Assembly: GCA_946965045.2 (NCBI GenBank)
Contig: OX337238.1
Span: 2,232,001-2,296,000, forward strand
DNA length: 64,000 bases
Origin: Epithemia pelagica
Taxonomy: Eukaryota > Protista > Bacillariophyta
Direction of reading: 5' to 3'
Both the position numbers and the translations under genes were made by a program. Below are positions 1-10,856 of this stretch, one piece after another. The notes under the pieces are model-generated. The model was not told where the DNA came from, ran no database searches, and was given only the letters and a program-made list of their open reading frames with translations. Each line of letters opens with the position of its first letter. Within the stretch, counting starts at the first letter, position 1.

Positions 1-3000
1 CTTCGACTCCGAATGATCCACTTTGAACAGTCACGTCATTTGAAATCACAATAACATCGCGGCCCTCTGGGTACTCGGGTGTCTTCATGGTGACTTTCCA
101 TCCCACCATTCCGACCTTGTTGGTTCCCACAGTTCGGCTTCCAAGGACAAGAGCACCAGTGTCGTCTTCGAGAAGCTCTTGAGCAGAGAAAACATTTCCA
201 GGAGCCTCAATGGAGGATCGTGCAGGCAAGCCACTGATATATTCATCCCATTCAGCAAGCAAACCCACTTCCATAAGTCCCAAGAAATCGTACGCATACG
301 TTGAACCAACACGACGAGCGTTGGCACGCTTCATCTGGACAATGTTCGATGTGGCGTATGGATCCAACACACACATGGATGATTCACCGCTTTCTTCCAA
401 CAGACAGAATTCGGTTGTGACGCCAGTCACAGGGTCGGGTGCTTCAAGGTATGCATTCGGGGTAAGGTATTGGCCATCAATCGACGAGGCAACAAGACGA
501 ACGCTTCGAGAAATTGGTGTGCCATCCTCTGCCGTAGACAACAGACGAATCTTGACTTCGATCTCGTCCACCCGCAATTTCAAAAGGCGTGTGGCAAGCT
601 TACTCTTCATCGATCCCATAATTTCCTTGAATCGCACGGCAAGATCAGTCGGGGAGCTGCCTTCGATTTCATAGAGAGAATGCAGGAAGATTCGTGAAGA
701 CGATTGACGTGTCACCTTCGAATTAGCTTGGGCACGCTCAAGTTCGTCAAGACCTTGTTGCATGGCTCTCATGGCACCAAGATCGGTCACCATTCCAGGG
801 CTGTGAGAGATTCCTCGAACAAATACAACTTGAGGAGCTCCACCTCGGATCGGCTTGTCAGATTTCTCCGTTCCAATGTAAACCTGAGCATTTCGACCAA
901 TAGCTGACGTACGCTCAAGATTGAAATTCTCAGCAAGACGATTCAACTCAAGAAGGTCAAAGAACGTAGGTCTCATGTTACGACGGAGTGGATCTTCCTT
1001 GAAACCTTCGCTCTGAGGGAAGGTGAAATACGAAGGATCCTTCTTGTTGTTGGGAAGGAGGAAGTTCGCGTCTCGGATACCCAATGCGTCAAGCTCCTTG
1101 CTATGGTCGGCGAGTAGGTATTCAAAGGCGCTAATCTCACCACTTTTACCGTCCGCAATCGCAACATGCAAGATGTTCAATGGACCTCCCTCAGCACGAG
1201 TGGGTGCTTCACCAATGCTCTCTGACAGATTCTCGAGGATTCCAGAAATATCAGATTTCAGACCATCAAATGAAGGGACGACGGAAAGAATTCCATGTCG
1301 AATAGGGGCTTTGCTTTGGTCGACGTCAGCAAACTGGAACGTGAACAAGCAGGTGAGACGACCGTCTTTTTCAGTGACCTGGAGGTCCAAGATTCTGTGA
1401 GCCCGGTAAACACGGCGAACATAAACTTCCATAGCCGCCATTTTGACGTCACTTGCGGGGTCGGTAAATAGAGAGGTCAAAAGATCCACACCAGCCGAGA
1501 GCGTACTGCTTCTAGAGAGCTTTGTAAAGTCAGCGGCAGGGTCGTTCAATTGAGCACGAAGTTCTTCTGCTCGACTTTCGAACGACGGAACCTTCGATTG
1601 ACGAATAATCTCGTCCGCAGCCAAGGCAATTTCTCCGTAAACCTTGTCCTTAAGCTCGGCCAGTTTCCCCAAGACTTCCATAAGCGGTTCAGGGAGACCT
1701 GCAGCTCCGAATCGGTCATCAAACAATTCAACTTGGCGGAGCATTGCAAGTACAAGACGTGCGCGGTTACGAAGTTGCTGGTGAGCCTGGTTTTCGGCAA
1801 TGACAAGGTCCAAGTCTTCCGCATTGGCCTTGGTCAAGTCACGGACAACGTCATCCAGAAGCTTTCCGGCAAAGATGCTTTCGACGCGCAAAAATTCGTT
1901 GAATGCCTCTGTGACAATAGCAGCGGCTGACTCCAAGTCCTCAACTCCTTCAAAAGGCTTTTGGGCAACGACTTCGGCATCACCACTGAAACCGGCAAGC
2001 AAGTTCTTCAAATCGTCCATTGGGGAGGTGGTATCTTCACCCGAACTGTCAATGCTGAGCTTTCCTTCAAATGTTCCGATTTTCTTCACCTTGGATGGAT
2101 CGGCCAGTTCGAGAGATGCAAGTAAGTCACCAGCAGAGATCACTGAACCAGGGGACAACGAGTGCGTAATCTTTCCCGTTTCACTGGCTTTCAGAGGCAT
2201 GATCATCTTCATTGCTTCGACCTCAACATAGGGCTGTCCAGCTTCGACGTCTCCTCCATTATCTTGGAGATAGCGCACAACCTTACCCGTCACATCTGTA
2301 CGGAGCTCCGAGGGATCAAAAATAGCAGGCCTATATCAAGAAACAAAAAGGTGAGGTTTTGCCTTCTCCACGCTGACCAAGTCCAAACTCTCTCAACACT
2401 TACATCAAAATCGTGTTTCCATCCACCACCAAACGAAGACCAAGGGGTTCGTCCATACCGAAGATGCGATGAGTTTCACCACCAAACTTGGCAATCAAAA
2501 ATCCTTCCGCATTTTCCGTGACTTGAACTTCAATGGTGCTTTCACCACACGTGAGGATCATCACGTCGGCAGCCTTGCGCTCCACGTGGAAGGGATATTT
2601 CATATCTTCAAACGCCACTTCGACATCAAACGAGTTGATTGCCGGAATGCCACTCACGCTCACTTGACCCTTGCGGAAGGATTCCTTCACTTCCTCCGTC
2701 GCTTCCTTGACATTTTGAAAGGCACGGAACACAGCAGCCGAAACGACCGTCAAGTCCTTGTCCAACTCCACCGAGACACTCTTTTCGCGAATGAGTCCAT
2801 CCAACCACGATGTATCAATGGTGTTGTCAATGAATTCCTTGGTCTCGAGAAGCTGAACCAAATACTCAACGGTGGTACGAATCTCTCCACGCACTTCAAT
2901 CTGTTTCAAGGCCAAGATCAAGGCCTTTCGGGCTTGTTCACGGGTGGGACCCTTGGCAAACAAGTGACCAAATTGACTGTCGGCAAATTCATGGATCCCT

Positions 3001-4763
3001 CCGTTGGCTCCGACACTAAAGTATCCCCACACACTGTTGGTGGACTGGAATTTGATACGTTCAATACTTCCCGAGGTGGGCTTGAACCCCTCGTCGGGGT
3101 TTTCGGCCGTGATACGAGCGGCAATCACATGGTGCTTGATGGGCTGGTAATCTTCCGTCATAAAGTCAATCGGTTCCGTCTCGTACATGTCCTTGCCATA
3201 CATGGCACGAATCTGGGGAATATTGTAGAGGGGAATTCCCATGGCAACCTGCAATTGTGTGGCAGGCAAGTTGACATCCGTGATTCCTGGAAAAGGCACA
3301 AACGCAAAACAACCGGCAAGTCAGCCACTTTCTGGAATGTTTCTCATTGTCGTCACCTCAAATGATAAACTTACCCTCTAATGGTGTTCAAGAGAAGAAA
3401 CCGCCAAAATAGAAGAAACAAGAATCAGTGTAAGACGCTTTGCTTCTGTAGTACTTCAACTGGTAGAAATTCATGATTTCCGAAGATACGTACCAGTCAC
3501 GGGATGCTCGACTTGCAAACGGGGGTTCAATTCCAAGAAAAAGTAATCGTCCGTGGCGGCATTGTACAGGTACTCGACCGTACCGGCTCCCTGATACCCA
3601 ATGGACTGGGTCAATCGCTGCGCGGCCCGTTGCATTTCCTTAAAGGTGTCCGGCTTGGCCACAATGGGTGGTCCTTCTTCAAAAATCTTTTGGAATCGAC
3701 GTTGTGTGGAACAATCACGACCATTGAGAGCAACGGCATTGCCATGCTTGTCTCCGACAATTTGGACCTCCAAGTGGCGAGCATTCTTACACAATTGCAT
3801 GACAAAAATCGGACTGCCCACCACTTCATTTTGGACTTGAATAAAGGCATTGCGCAAATCTTCTTCGTTGTCGACAAATCGAATTCCTTTTCCTCCGCCA
3901 CCTTCAGAGGCCTTGATCATGAGACCTTCTTCGTATCCAATCTTCTTGGCAGCTTCAATGGCTTCTTCGACGTTGGAACAAGTACCCTTTTTGAAAATAT
4001 CATCGGGAATGGTACCTTCGGGTGTCAAGTTGGCTTGGAGGGGACCATCGTCGGGACCTCCAAAACTCCCACTCCAGGGAATGGAGGGCACCTTGGCGGT
4101 TTGGGCCAAAATGTTGGCCGCAATCTTGTCTCCCAAGACACTCATGACCGGAGCCGTCGGACCAATAAACTTGACGCCAATCTTGGCCAAGGCTTCGGGC
4201 AATTCGGGTTTTTCTGAGGCATGTCCCCATCCCGGCCACACGGCATCGGCGCCCGTTTCTTCGGCCAACTTGGTAATGAGCGGTACATTGGCATAATTGT
4301 TGGAGTTCTTCCCGCCCGGCACTTCGACAAAGGAGTCGGCCAATCGGATGAATTCGGCATTGGCTTTCATGTCTTCCGGACTGGCCATGGCGACAAATTG
4401 GACGGCCCGTTCGTCGCCAAATTCCATGTAGGCCCACTGTCGCATGGAAAAAATCGCCTTGGTGGCGGCCATTCCATTGTTGGCAATCAAGACCTTGCGA
4501 ATGACAAAGTCACCGCCCCGAGACTTGACATAGTCATCAATCGTTTGCGTCGTCGTCGTTGTCGCTGCATCTTCCACCGTCGCCGACAAGGGAGCCGTGC
4601 GTTGCGGGTGTGAGGCAAGCGGTGGTGCAAAGGTGGTGGTAGTACTTGCAGCAGTCTGTTTGCTGGAGGGTGATGTCGTCGTCCATGTTTGAGACACAAA
4701 GGCGGCTGGAGCTGCACAAGCAATACATAGACACAAGGTGAGATACCGAAGTGGGAACCTCAT
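1..4763 (-). CDS. ACC1: Plastid homomeric acetyl-CoA carboxylase, 5' portion (runs off the window at base 1); exons 4763-3494, 3377-3375 (3-nt micro-exon), 3286-2404, 2330-<1
   Basis: Signal peptide ending AAF (MRFPLRYLTLCLCIACAAPAAF, ASAFAP-like). BC motifs KVLIANNG, KASEGGGGKG and ELNPRLQVEHPVT. Biotin site EAMKM at about 2218-2204. Carboxyltransferase start (KTPEYPEGRDVIVISNDVT) at the window edge. GT-AG introns 3493-3378, 3374-3287 and 2403-2331 keep the frame. Confidence 0.97.
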
Positions 4764-5651
4764 GGTCGTCGTGTAGGATGAACCCCCTGGTTCCAGTGTT
4801 GACACTTTTTGGAAGATTGCTCTCCTTCTCAAGATCGTCGCGTGATGGTGGTGATTGATCGTTCACCGGAAAAAGACACCACAACGAGAGAAAGAATGAT
4901 GAGGGACATCTCATCACACTCCTCTCGCTCTGGTCGGTCGACATCACAATCACACACACAATACACAACTACAACACCCCCTCCTCCATCGATGATGCCT
5001 GCTGGGAGGCAAAAGTACGTCACCACTGGTCGCGCTAGGTTGTACTGAAACGAGAAAGATCCATGTGTACGTACGTACTCTTGGGTGATGTGAAGCCGCC
5101 CGTGACACGAGGCGCCATCACCATCATCATCATCATCATCATGGCGGCCATTCCAACCCCGCTCCTCCTTGCGGTCCTCATGGTGGCAAATGATTTGGGT
5201 GAGACTATTCCAAATCAGTTGTTGCTGTTGTTGGTTGGTTCTTCAATCTTGTGTGTGTCGGTGGATTGGATCGCGGTGCGTAAAACTGGGGCACAGTGGC
5301 TTCGCGTTGTGTCACAAGCGATCCGAAAAAAGATTTGGTGCAAAAGGTTGATGGCTTGCGAAGTGCGAAGACACCCCCGCTTTCGGCCGTCCTGCCACCG
5401 CGCCGGCCAAACCCATAGCGACGCCATACTATCACCCATTAAGTACCATGAGGAACAATACGTCACCCCTTCTCACGGCGGAGTGCGGTATTCCCGAACC
5501 GCCAGCAACTTCCGGTAACTACACGTGAGTCGCATCTTCTCTCCCAATACCCAACGGACGAAACCAAAACAAAGGATCGATATTAAAGCAAAGTACGTAT
5601 TATGATACCGTAGAATATGATTTACCATTCTCTAGTACGGAACAAACGGGA

Positions 5652-5910
5652 ATGTCGAAAGGTATGTCGTTCGATGTCTGTCGTTTGATGTCGTTTTTGA
5701 TGTTGTTTGATGTCGTTTCGGGCTCGCGCGCAAACATGGTTTGCCTCAAAATCCAGCGGTGCTCATTCAGTTGACGGGCCTACCGTCAATAAGTGACTCG
5801 TAACCTTGTGATTTCTCTTGAAGAATTTCAACTGCTGGAGAGTACATATTCTGTTGGCGATAAAAACATCCGCCGACATCATCCGACATCCTCCCACATC
5901 ATCCGACATC
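5652..5910. promoter_or_regulatory. Inverted pair of phased ATGTC/ACATC motif arrays around a small hairpin, in the ACC1 / SAP-protein divergent intergenic region
   Basis: ATGT(C/T) at 5652, 5664, 5674, 5688, 5700 and 5710. ACATC at 5866, 5876, 5886, 5896 and 5906 (exact 10-bp period). TTGACGG-gccta-CCGTCAA hairpin at 5771-5789. Function unknown. Confidence 0.4.
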
Positions 5911-6636
5911 TAGCAAATCCTCCGACGATGTTTTCCTCATATTGAAATAATCTGTACCTAGTATGGTCATATCAGAGGTATTACTGTGTGATAATGAAGA
6001 ATGTTATATCGTGACGATACTCTGAGTAGTAGAAGGATTACCTACGTTTTGAGTCCATTACCGGAAGTTGCAGCGGGGGTTTTGGTTGTGCCGCTTTGTG
6101 GTGGGGTTGTTGGAGGGAATGAAAGCGATGTCACGGTCCAACGATCCGGTTGGTGGGTTGGTGTTTGGTGTGTCGACATCATCACATCCTTATATATCTT
6201 CCTACCAGCATTGACCATTGGCATTAATCACGAGAGGACACACTCAATGATCTCTTGTTTTTGACGGCATCACCAATCACACTTCTGGTGTCTTCTTGGA
6301 GAGGAGGTGGGTCTGTGTCGTTGTGGGGGGAAACGGAAGGAACAATCGGGCAACGATCAATTGGTCCAAGTCTAACAACTAACAACCACACGTCCGAGAA
6401 ATGATTGTGTGTGTGTGTTCGTGGTAGTGGTAGGATTGTGAATGGCTATTGCACCGACTGTCCGACTCCTGCATTCTTTGCAAAGTGCTGTGCGTGTGTG
6501 GGTTGGGTTTCCTCCTTGGCATTGTATCGGGTGGTGGAGCTTTCTCCATTGAGTGCCAATGCCATTGTCCAGCTCCACCGGTCGTCGTCGTTGGCGGCGG
6601 CATTCGTATGGTCTGGATAATGCTTTCGTCGTTTGG

Positions 6637-7557
6637 ATGGTGGGTGGGAGTCTCATGGCCTCGGGTGGTTGCCTGGTATCGTCCTTTTCCTCGGCAAGTA
6701 CCAGTCGAACCACAACAACAACGACAAGTCGACCCTCCCGGCCAACCAGGACCGGGAACCACCTCCAGGCGACACCACGAGGACGACCACAAGACAAGAT
6801 GGACGATTCGGAGGAGATACTGTGGGATATGGAACAGCAAGTCCGTGCTTCGGCGCAAGCGCAAGTGGACTACAATCAAGTGGTCAAGCTCCTTTCGACC
6901 ACATCCATCGACAGCAGCAGCAGCACCACCGCCAACAGCAACGACGACGACGACACGACCTTGTCCACAAGAACCACCACCAACAACAACGAATCCATTT
7001 CCGAAAGCCTCCAATACACGACCTCGCCGCCGTTGCCGACCGTCTCGTGGCAAATTGCCTTGGCCGCTTCCGTGGTATCCTTTGCCATGATGCGGTTTCT
7101 CTTGCAGGCTTCGGCATGGCTGTCGGGGGCTGTGGCTGTGGCAATCTTTGCCGTGGCCTTGACGGATCCCGTCGAAGATGACAGCGGTTTGGTGGGATCC
7201 TTGGCCCGTCTCGTGGGACGTCAAACGATCCAATCCTATCAAGGCACGATTCAACCCAAGGCCAAGGCCATGGCGCGAGCCGTGGTCACGGGTCAAGATG
7301 AATGGAAATTGGTCCAAGCCCAATTGGTGGCCCTTCAAGAGGAAAATGCGGCTCTTTTACAATGGAAACGGATCCGATTGCAAGCCGAACAAGACTTGTC
7401 CCTGTACACGGTCGAGCAACTCAAGGACCAGTGTCGGCAGCGAGGATTGCCCGTGGCCAAACGCACCAAATTGCAACTGCTGGTACAATTGTTGGAAGCA
7501 CAAGAAGAAGAAAAAGAAGAAGCCGGACAAGATACATCCGCAAGGAGCCAAGGATGA
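6637..7557 (+). CDS. Two-TM membrane protein with C-terminal SAP domain, possibly plastid-targeted; start codon uncertain
   Basis: Intronless ORF with two hydrophobic helices (WQIALAASVVSFAMMRFLL / WLSGAVAVAIFAVAL), a coiled coil and a SAP-like motif TVEQLKDQCRQRGLPVAKRTKLQLLVQLLE. Confidence 0.7.
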   Translation: MVGGSLMASGGCLVSSFSSASTSRTTTTTTSRPSRPTRTGNHLQATPRGRPQDKMDDSEEILWDMEQQVRASAQAQVDYNQVVKLLSTTSIDSSSSTTANSNDDDDTTLSTRTTTNNNESISESLQYTTSPPLPTVSWQIALAASVVSFAMMRFLLQASAWLSGAVAVAIFAVALTDPVEDDSGLVGSLARLVGRQTIQSYQGTIQPKAKAMARAVVTGQDEWKLVQAQLVALQEENAALLQWKRIRLQAEQDLSLYTVEQLKDQCRQRGLPVAKRTKLQLLVQLLEAQEEEKEEAGQDTSARSQG

Positions 7558-8067
7558 CATTGAACCATGACAGACGCTCTGCTTGTCTCTATCAATGATA
7601 GGTTGGTGGTGTTCAAGACAACAGAGGCAACGCGTTCCTCCCGTTGCCTCGCTTGGGTCATTCGTTCACGCCACCTTCTCACCTGCTCTTTTTTTGACGA
7701 CTACGACCAGCAAACATGTACGGTTGTCGACATTCCGTGTTGAGCCATGTGGAGTGCGACACTTGTACAACCACTCTACAAACGCCACAAACGACACGGC
7801 GTCGTGTATATGGCTCCTCCTCCTAGAGTCATTGGGCAACTACAACCGGGCCCGACATGGTTTTCGATCGGCATGGTAGCGAGCTGCTTTGACTACGCCT
7901 TGACAGAAGGTCACCAAAATCCCTACTGGCGACAAAAGGGATGTTGTAAAACCCATGATACATGCACCTAGAGTTAATCAAACACTACGTTCATTCCGAT
8001 TGTTCGTCCAAGAATTACAGCACGTTGACAGGCTGGCTGCACTAAGGCAAATGTCATCCCCTCGGTC

Positions 8068-8772
8068 TCAGTAATCCATTCGCGTCAAGTCGCCGACGGC
8101 GTCCCAGCCATCCGAGAAATCCATTTCCCTATCGCCGTAGGCGTCCCAGCCGCCCGCGCTCTTGAATAGCAGAAATTTCTTGAAAAAGGTTTCCACTGTC
8201 ATGCTCAATTCGGCAAGCTCTAGAAAGTCCATACCAAGCACATTTACATCGTGGAACTTCCGTGGTGCTTCTGTGGTTCCTCCTGGAGACAGATGAAATG
8301 TCAATGGGGATGATTCGTCGTCATTTACGAACAAACTCAGTTGCTTCGGCATAGCACAAGTGGGGTCGTCCAGAAGAGCCATCATGGCCTCTTCGCACAA
8401 ATAGGAACATGGTGAGCCAGTGTCAACCAGAAAGAAAATGTTCAAAATTCTGTCTTGTCGTTCGTGCCGAGCATAGCAACAAGGAAGAGAAATCATGAGG
8501 CGTTTGTTCTGGCCATAAATCTTCCCTGTTGCCGGCCATTTCCGACAATATTTTGCTTCACTTAAGTACTCATCTCCCCGTCCGATTAAATCAGTGAGAA
8601 TCTTTGAATGCAGAAGTTCGCTTGTGATATCTGGAAACGCCATATTCTGCTGGTCTGGAGCGGGCGGATCCACGAGCGAGTCCTCGCTCGAAGTCTCGCT
8701 CGAAGTTGGCAATCCAGTATCAGCAGTCTCGATTGCGTTGACAGCCTCAGATGTCGGAATCTCGTTTGCCAT
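8068..8772 (-). CDS. Stand-alone retropepsin-like (clan AA) aspartic protease
   Basis: 234-aa intronless ORF with FFLVDTGSP (DTG catalytic motif) and downstream NVLGMDFL (G-x-D-F-L motif). No gag, RT or integrase adjacent. Confidence 0.75.
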   Translation of the reverse strand: MANEIPTSEAVNAIETADTGLPTSSETSSEDSLVDPPAPDQQNMAFPDITSELLHSKILTDLIGRGDEYLSEAKYCRKWPATGKIYGQNKRLMISLPCCYARHERQDRILNIFFLVDTGSPCSYLCEEAMMALLDDPTCAMPKQLSLFVNDDESSPLTFHLSPGGTTEAPRKFHDVNVLGMDFLELAELSMTVETFFKKFLLFKSAGGWDAYGDREMDFSDGWDAVGDLTRMDY

Positions 8773-9168
8773 CTTGTGTTCTTGAGTGCTTGTATTTGGA
8801 ATGGAATGGAATTGTATTGGTGCTGTCGATTTGTTTGTGTCGGTTGTTTGTGTTTTGGAAGAAATTGTGGGTGCGGGATTGCTTCAGGTTTCCTGGTACT
8901 GTTTTACGTAGCTCCGTACATACGCGCTTCTCGTAGGCTTTTCTCGTACAAATTAGGGATTTTCGTGTAAACCAAAACGGATAAGGTTATGGATATGGAG
9001 CATTCGATGCTCGCCGCCGGCGGCCTGCGCGACGCGCGCGAAAAATGACCGTCGGACGAAAACGCCCATGGGTCGCTTCCTGTCAAAAAATATCCGTCCT
9101 CATTCCACTCACCGCTGTCCCCTTGGAAACAACAGAACAACAACAAAAGTCACAGTATAGTGCCCACC

Positions 9169-10191
9169 ATGTCTACCGCCGAAGCCGAAACCAAAGAAGC
9201 CGATGGGGATGTCGAAATGAAGGATGCTCCAGCGCCTGCGGCCGAAGAAGACATGGGGGTGGCGACTGCCCTGGTAAGTATTCTGTCGCGTTTTGGTTTG
9301 TGTTGGTCCACACGTTTCGCAGACGCTGGAAGAACGGATTCTGGATTGCATCAAGTGATTGCATCTCTTGATTAGATATCCGATAAAGAGAAAACAAAAT
9401 TCGTTTTAAATTGTTCACATGCACTTTGGTGCCTGCCATTTTCTTGCTCCAGCCGTAACAATGGCAAATCCTCCTTGCTGTCATCCCGAAAGAATGGGAA
9501 ATGGACGTCTCTCTCATGACCTCTGTCTGTTCTTTTTCTCATGATGGTACACAGGGGATGGGAGCGAAGAAGTCTCCTGCCGAAGAAGATATGGGGGTGG
9601 CGACTGCCCTGGTAAGTGATCTGTCGCGTTGTTTGGGGTTGTGGACTGAACGTTTGGCACACGTTGGAAACGAGTAGATACCCAATGCAAAAAGGAAAAG
9701 AAATTCTTTTCAGTTTATCCACAAATGCGAAATGGACGTCTTCCTCATGACTCTTGGTCTTTTTCTCATGATACGGTACGCAGGCGAAAGGAGCGAAGAA
9801 AGCACTTACCGCTCCACGTTTTGAAATCAAAAAATGGAATGCGGTGGCCATGTGGTCATGGGATATTTGTGCAGATACGGTAAGGCATACGAAACCAAGA
9901 CCTCGATTACCGTTGCTTGTGGCAGAACTCTCCCTCAATGCCCTTGTTTTTGTTGCACAGTGCGCCATTTGTCGAAATTCCCTCAATGAGCCGAGTATCG
10001 AATACCAAGCCAATCCTTCTCCGACAAATGACAATGGTTTGAGCATTGCTTTTGGAAATTGTGGCCATGTGTTTCATTTGGATTGCATCCAACGGTGGTT
10101 GAAAACGCGTTCAGTCTGTCCCCTTTGCAATAAGGAATGGGATTTTGCCAAGATTGAACGTATTCCGGGGTACGGACAGCTTGGCATTTAA
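9169..10191 (+). CDS. RBX1: RING-box protein 1 (cullin-RING ligase subunit); exons 9169-9273, 9555-9611, 9784-9879, 9961-10191
   Basis: RFEIKKWNAVAMWSWDICADT|CAICRN...CGHVFHLDCIQRWLKTRSVCPLCNKEW RING-H2. All introns are GT-AG and phase 0. Confidence 0.95.
9235..9810 (+). repeat. Diverged internal tandem duplication (about 340-bp period) of the exon-end/intron/exon-start unit in RBX1
   Basis: GCCGAAGAAGAyATGGGGGTGGCGACTGCCCTG|GTAAGT occurs twice (donors at 9274 and 9612). Intron 3' ends GAAATGGACGTC...TTTTTCTCATGAT...GTACrCAG occur twice. Confidence 0.9.
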
Positions 10192-10856
10192 AGAGTCGTC
10201 GTCGGAGGAGCTGTCACGTTCGATCCACTCCTTGGCACGATGAACAATGACACCGAGATACAACAACGCACAAACAAATAGCGTAAGCTCGCACGAAAGA
10301 GCACAGCGTCGGAAACCTTATGGGTGTGAAATTCCAATTCTCTGAATAGTTTTGTTTTTACTATTCGCAATATTAGTATTTACGAATCCTTCCTTCCTCC
10401 TTGTTGTTTCATAGACGGGCGTACGGCGTTTGTGAGTCCGGACTGTTTTGGTGTGGTCTGGTTTGGCAGTATTGTTGTTCTGGAGTCGTCACAAGACCAA
10501 CTGCTGATGAAACATGTTGCGTCTGGATGATACACGAAAGCGGCAAAATTCGAATGGAGTGATAGCCGCTCAAAAGAAAATTTCTTGAGGGTGTGGCCCC
10601 TTCAATCGACAAGCGTGGAGAAACCTACATAAAAAAATACCGTCGAGACATGCACCATTGAGAACCCTCCACCAGCACGCAGAAGACGAAAGATGGAAAC
10701 GGAAAGTGTGTGTTACATAGATATAATAGAGTACAAGTTGACTAATAATAAGAGTGCAAGTCGCAAGAAGGATTTGAGAAACTGCGCCTGTGAGTGGAAT
10801 CGGTTGCCAAGAGGAATTGGGTGTGGTTTGGTGAAACAGCCCTTTTGCTTGTTCTT

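Noticed and set aside
85-4613. Many short and long ORFs overlapping ACC1 (e.g. 2469-3365 +, 3504-4217 +)
   Set aside because: Antisense or alternative-frame shadows of a strongly codon-biased gene; no motifs.
5063-5518. 151-aa ORF with poly-Ile
   Set aside because: The hydrophobic run derives from a (CAT)n microsatellite in the ACC1 promoter region; no homology cues.
8998-9024. Adjacent palindromes GAGCAT-tcg-ATGCTC and GCCGCCGGCGGC
   Set aside because: Considered as a Helitron 3' hairpin, but there is no properly placed CTRR end. Short GC palindromes are common in promoters.
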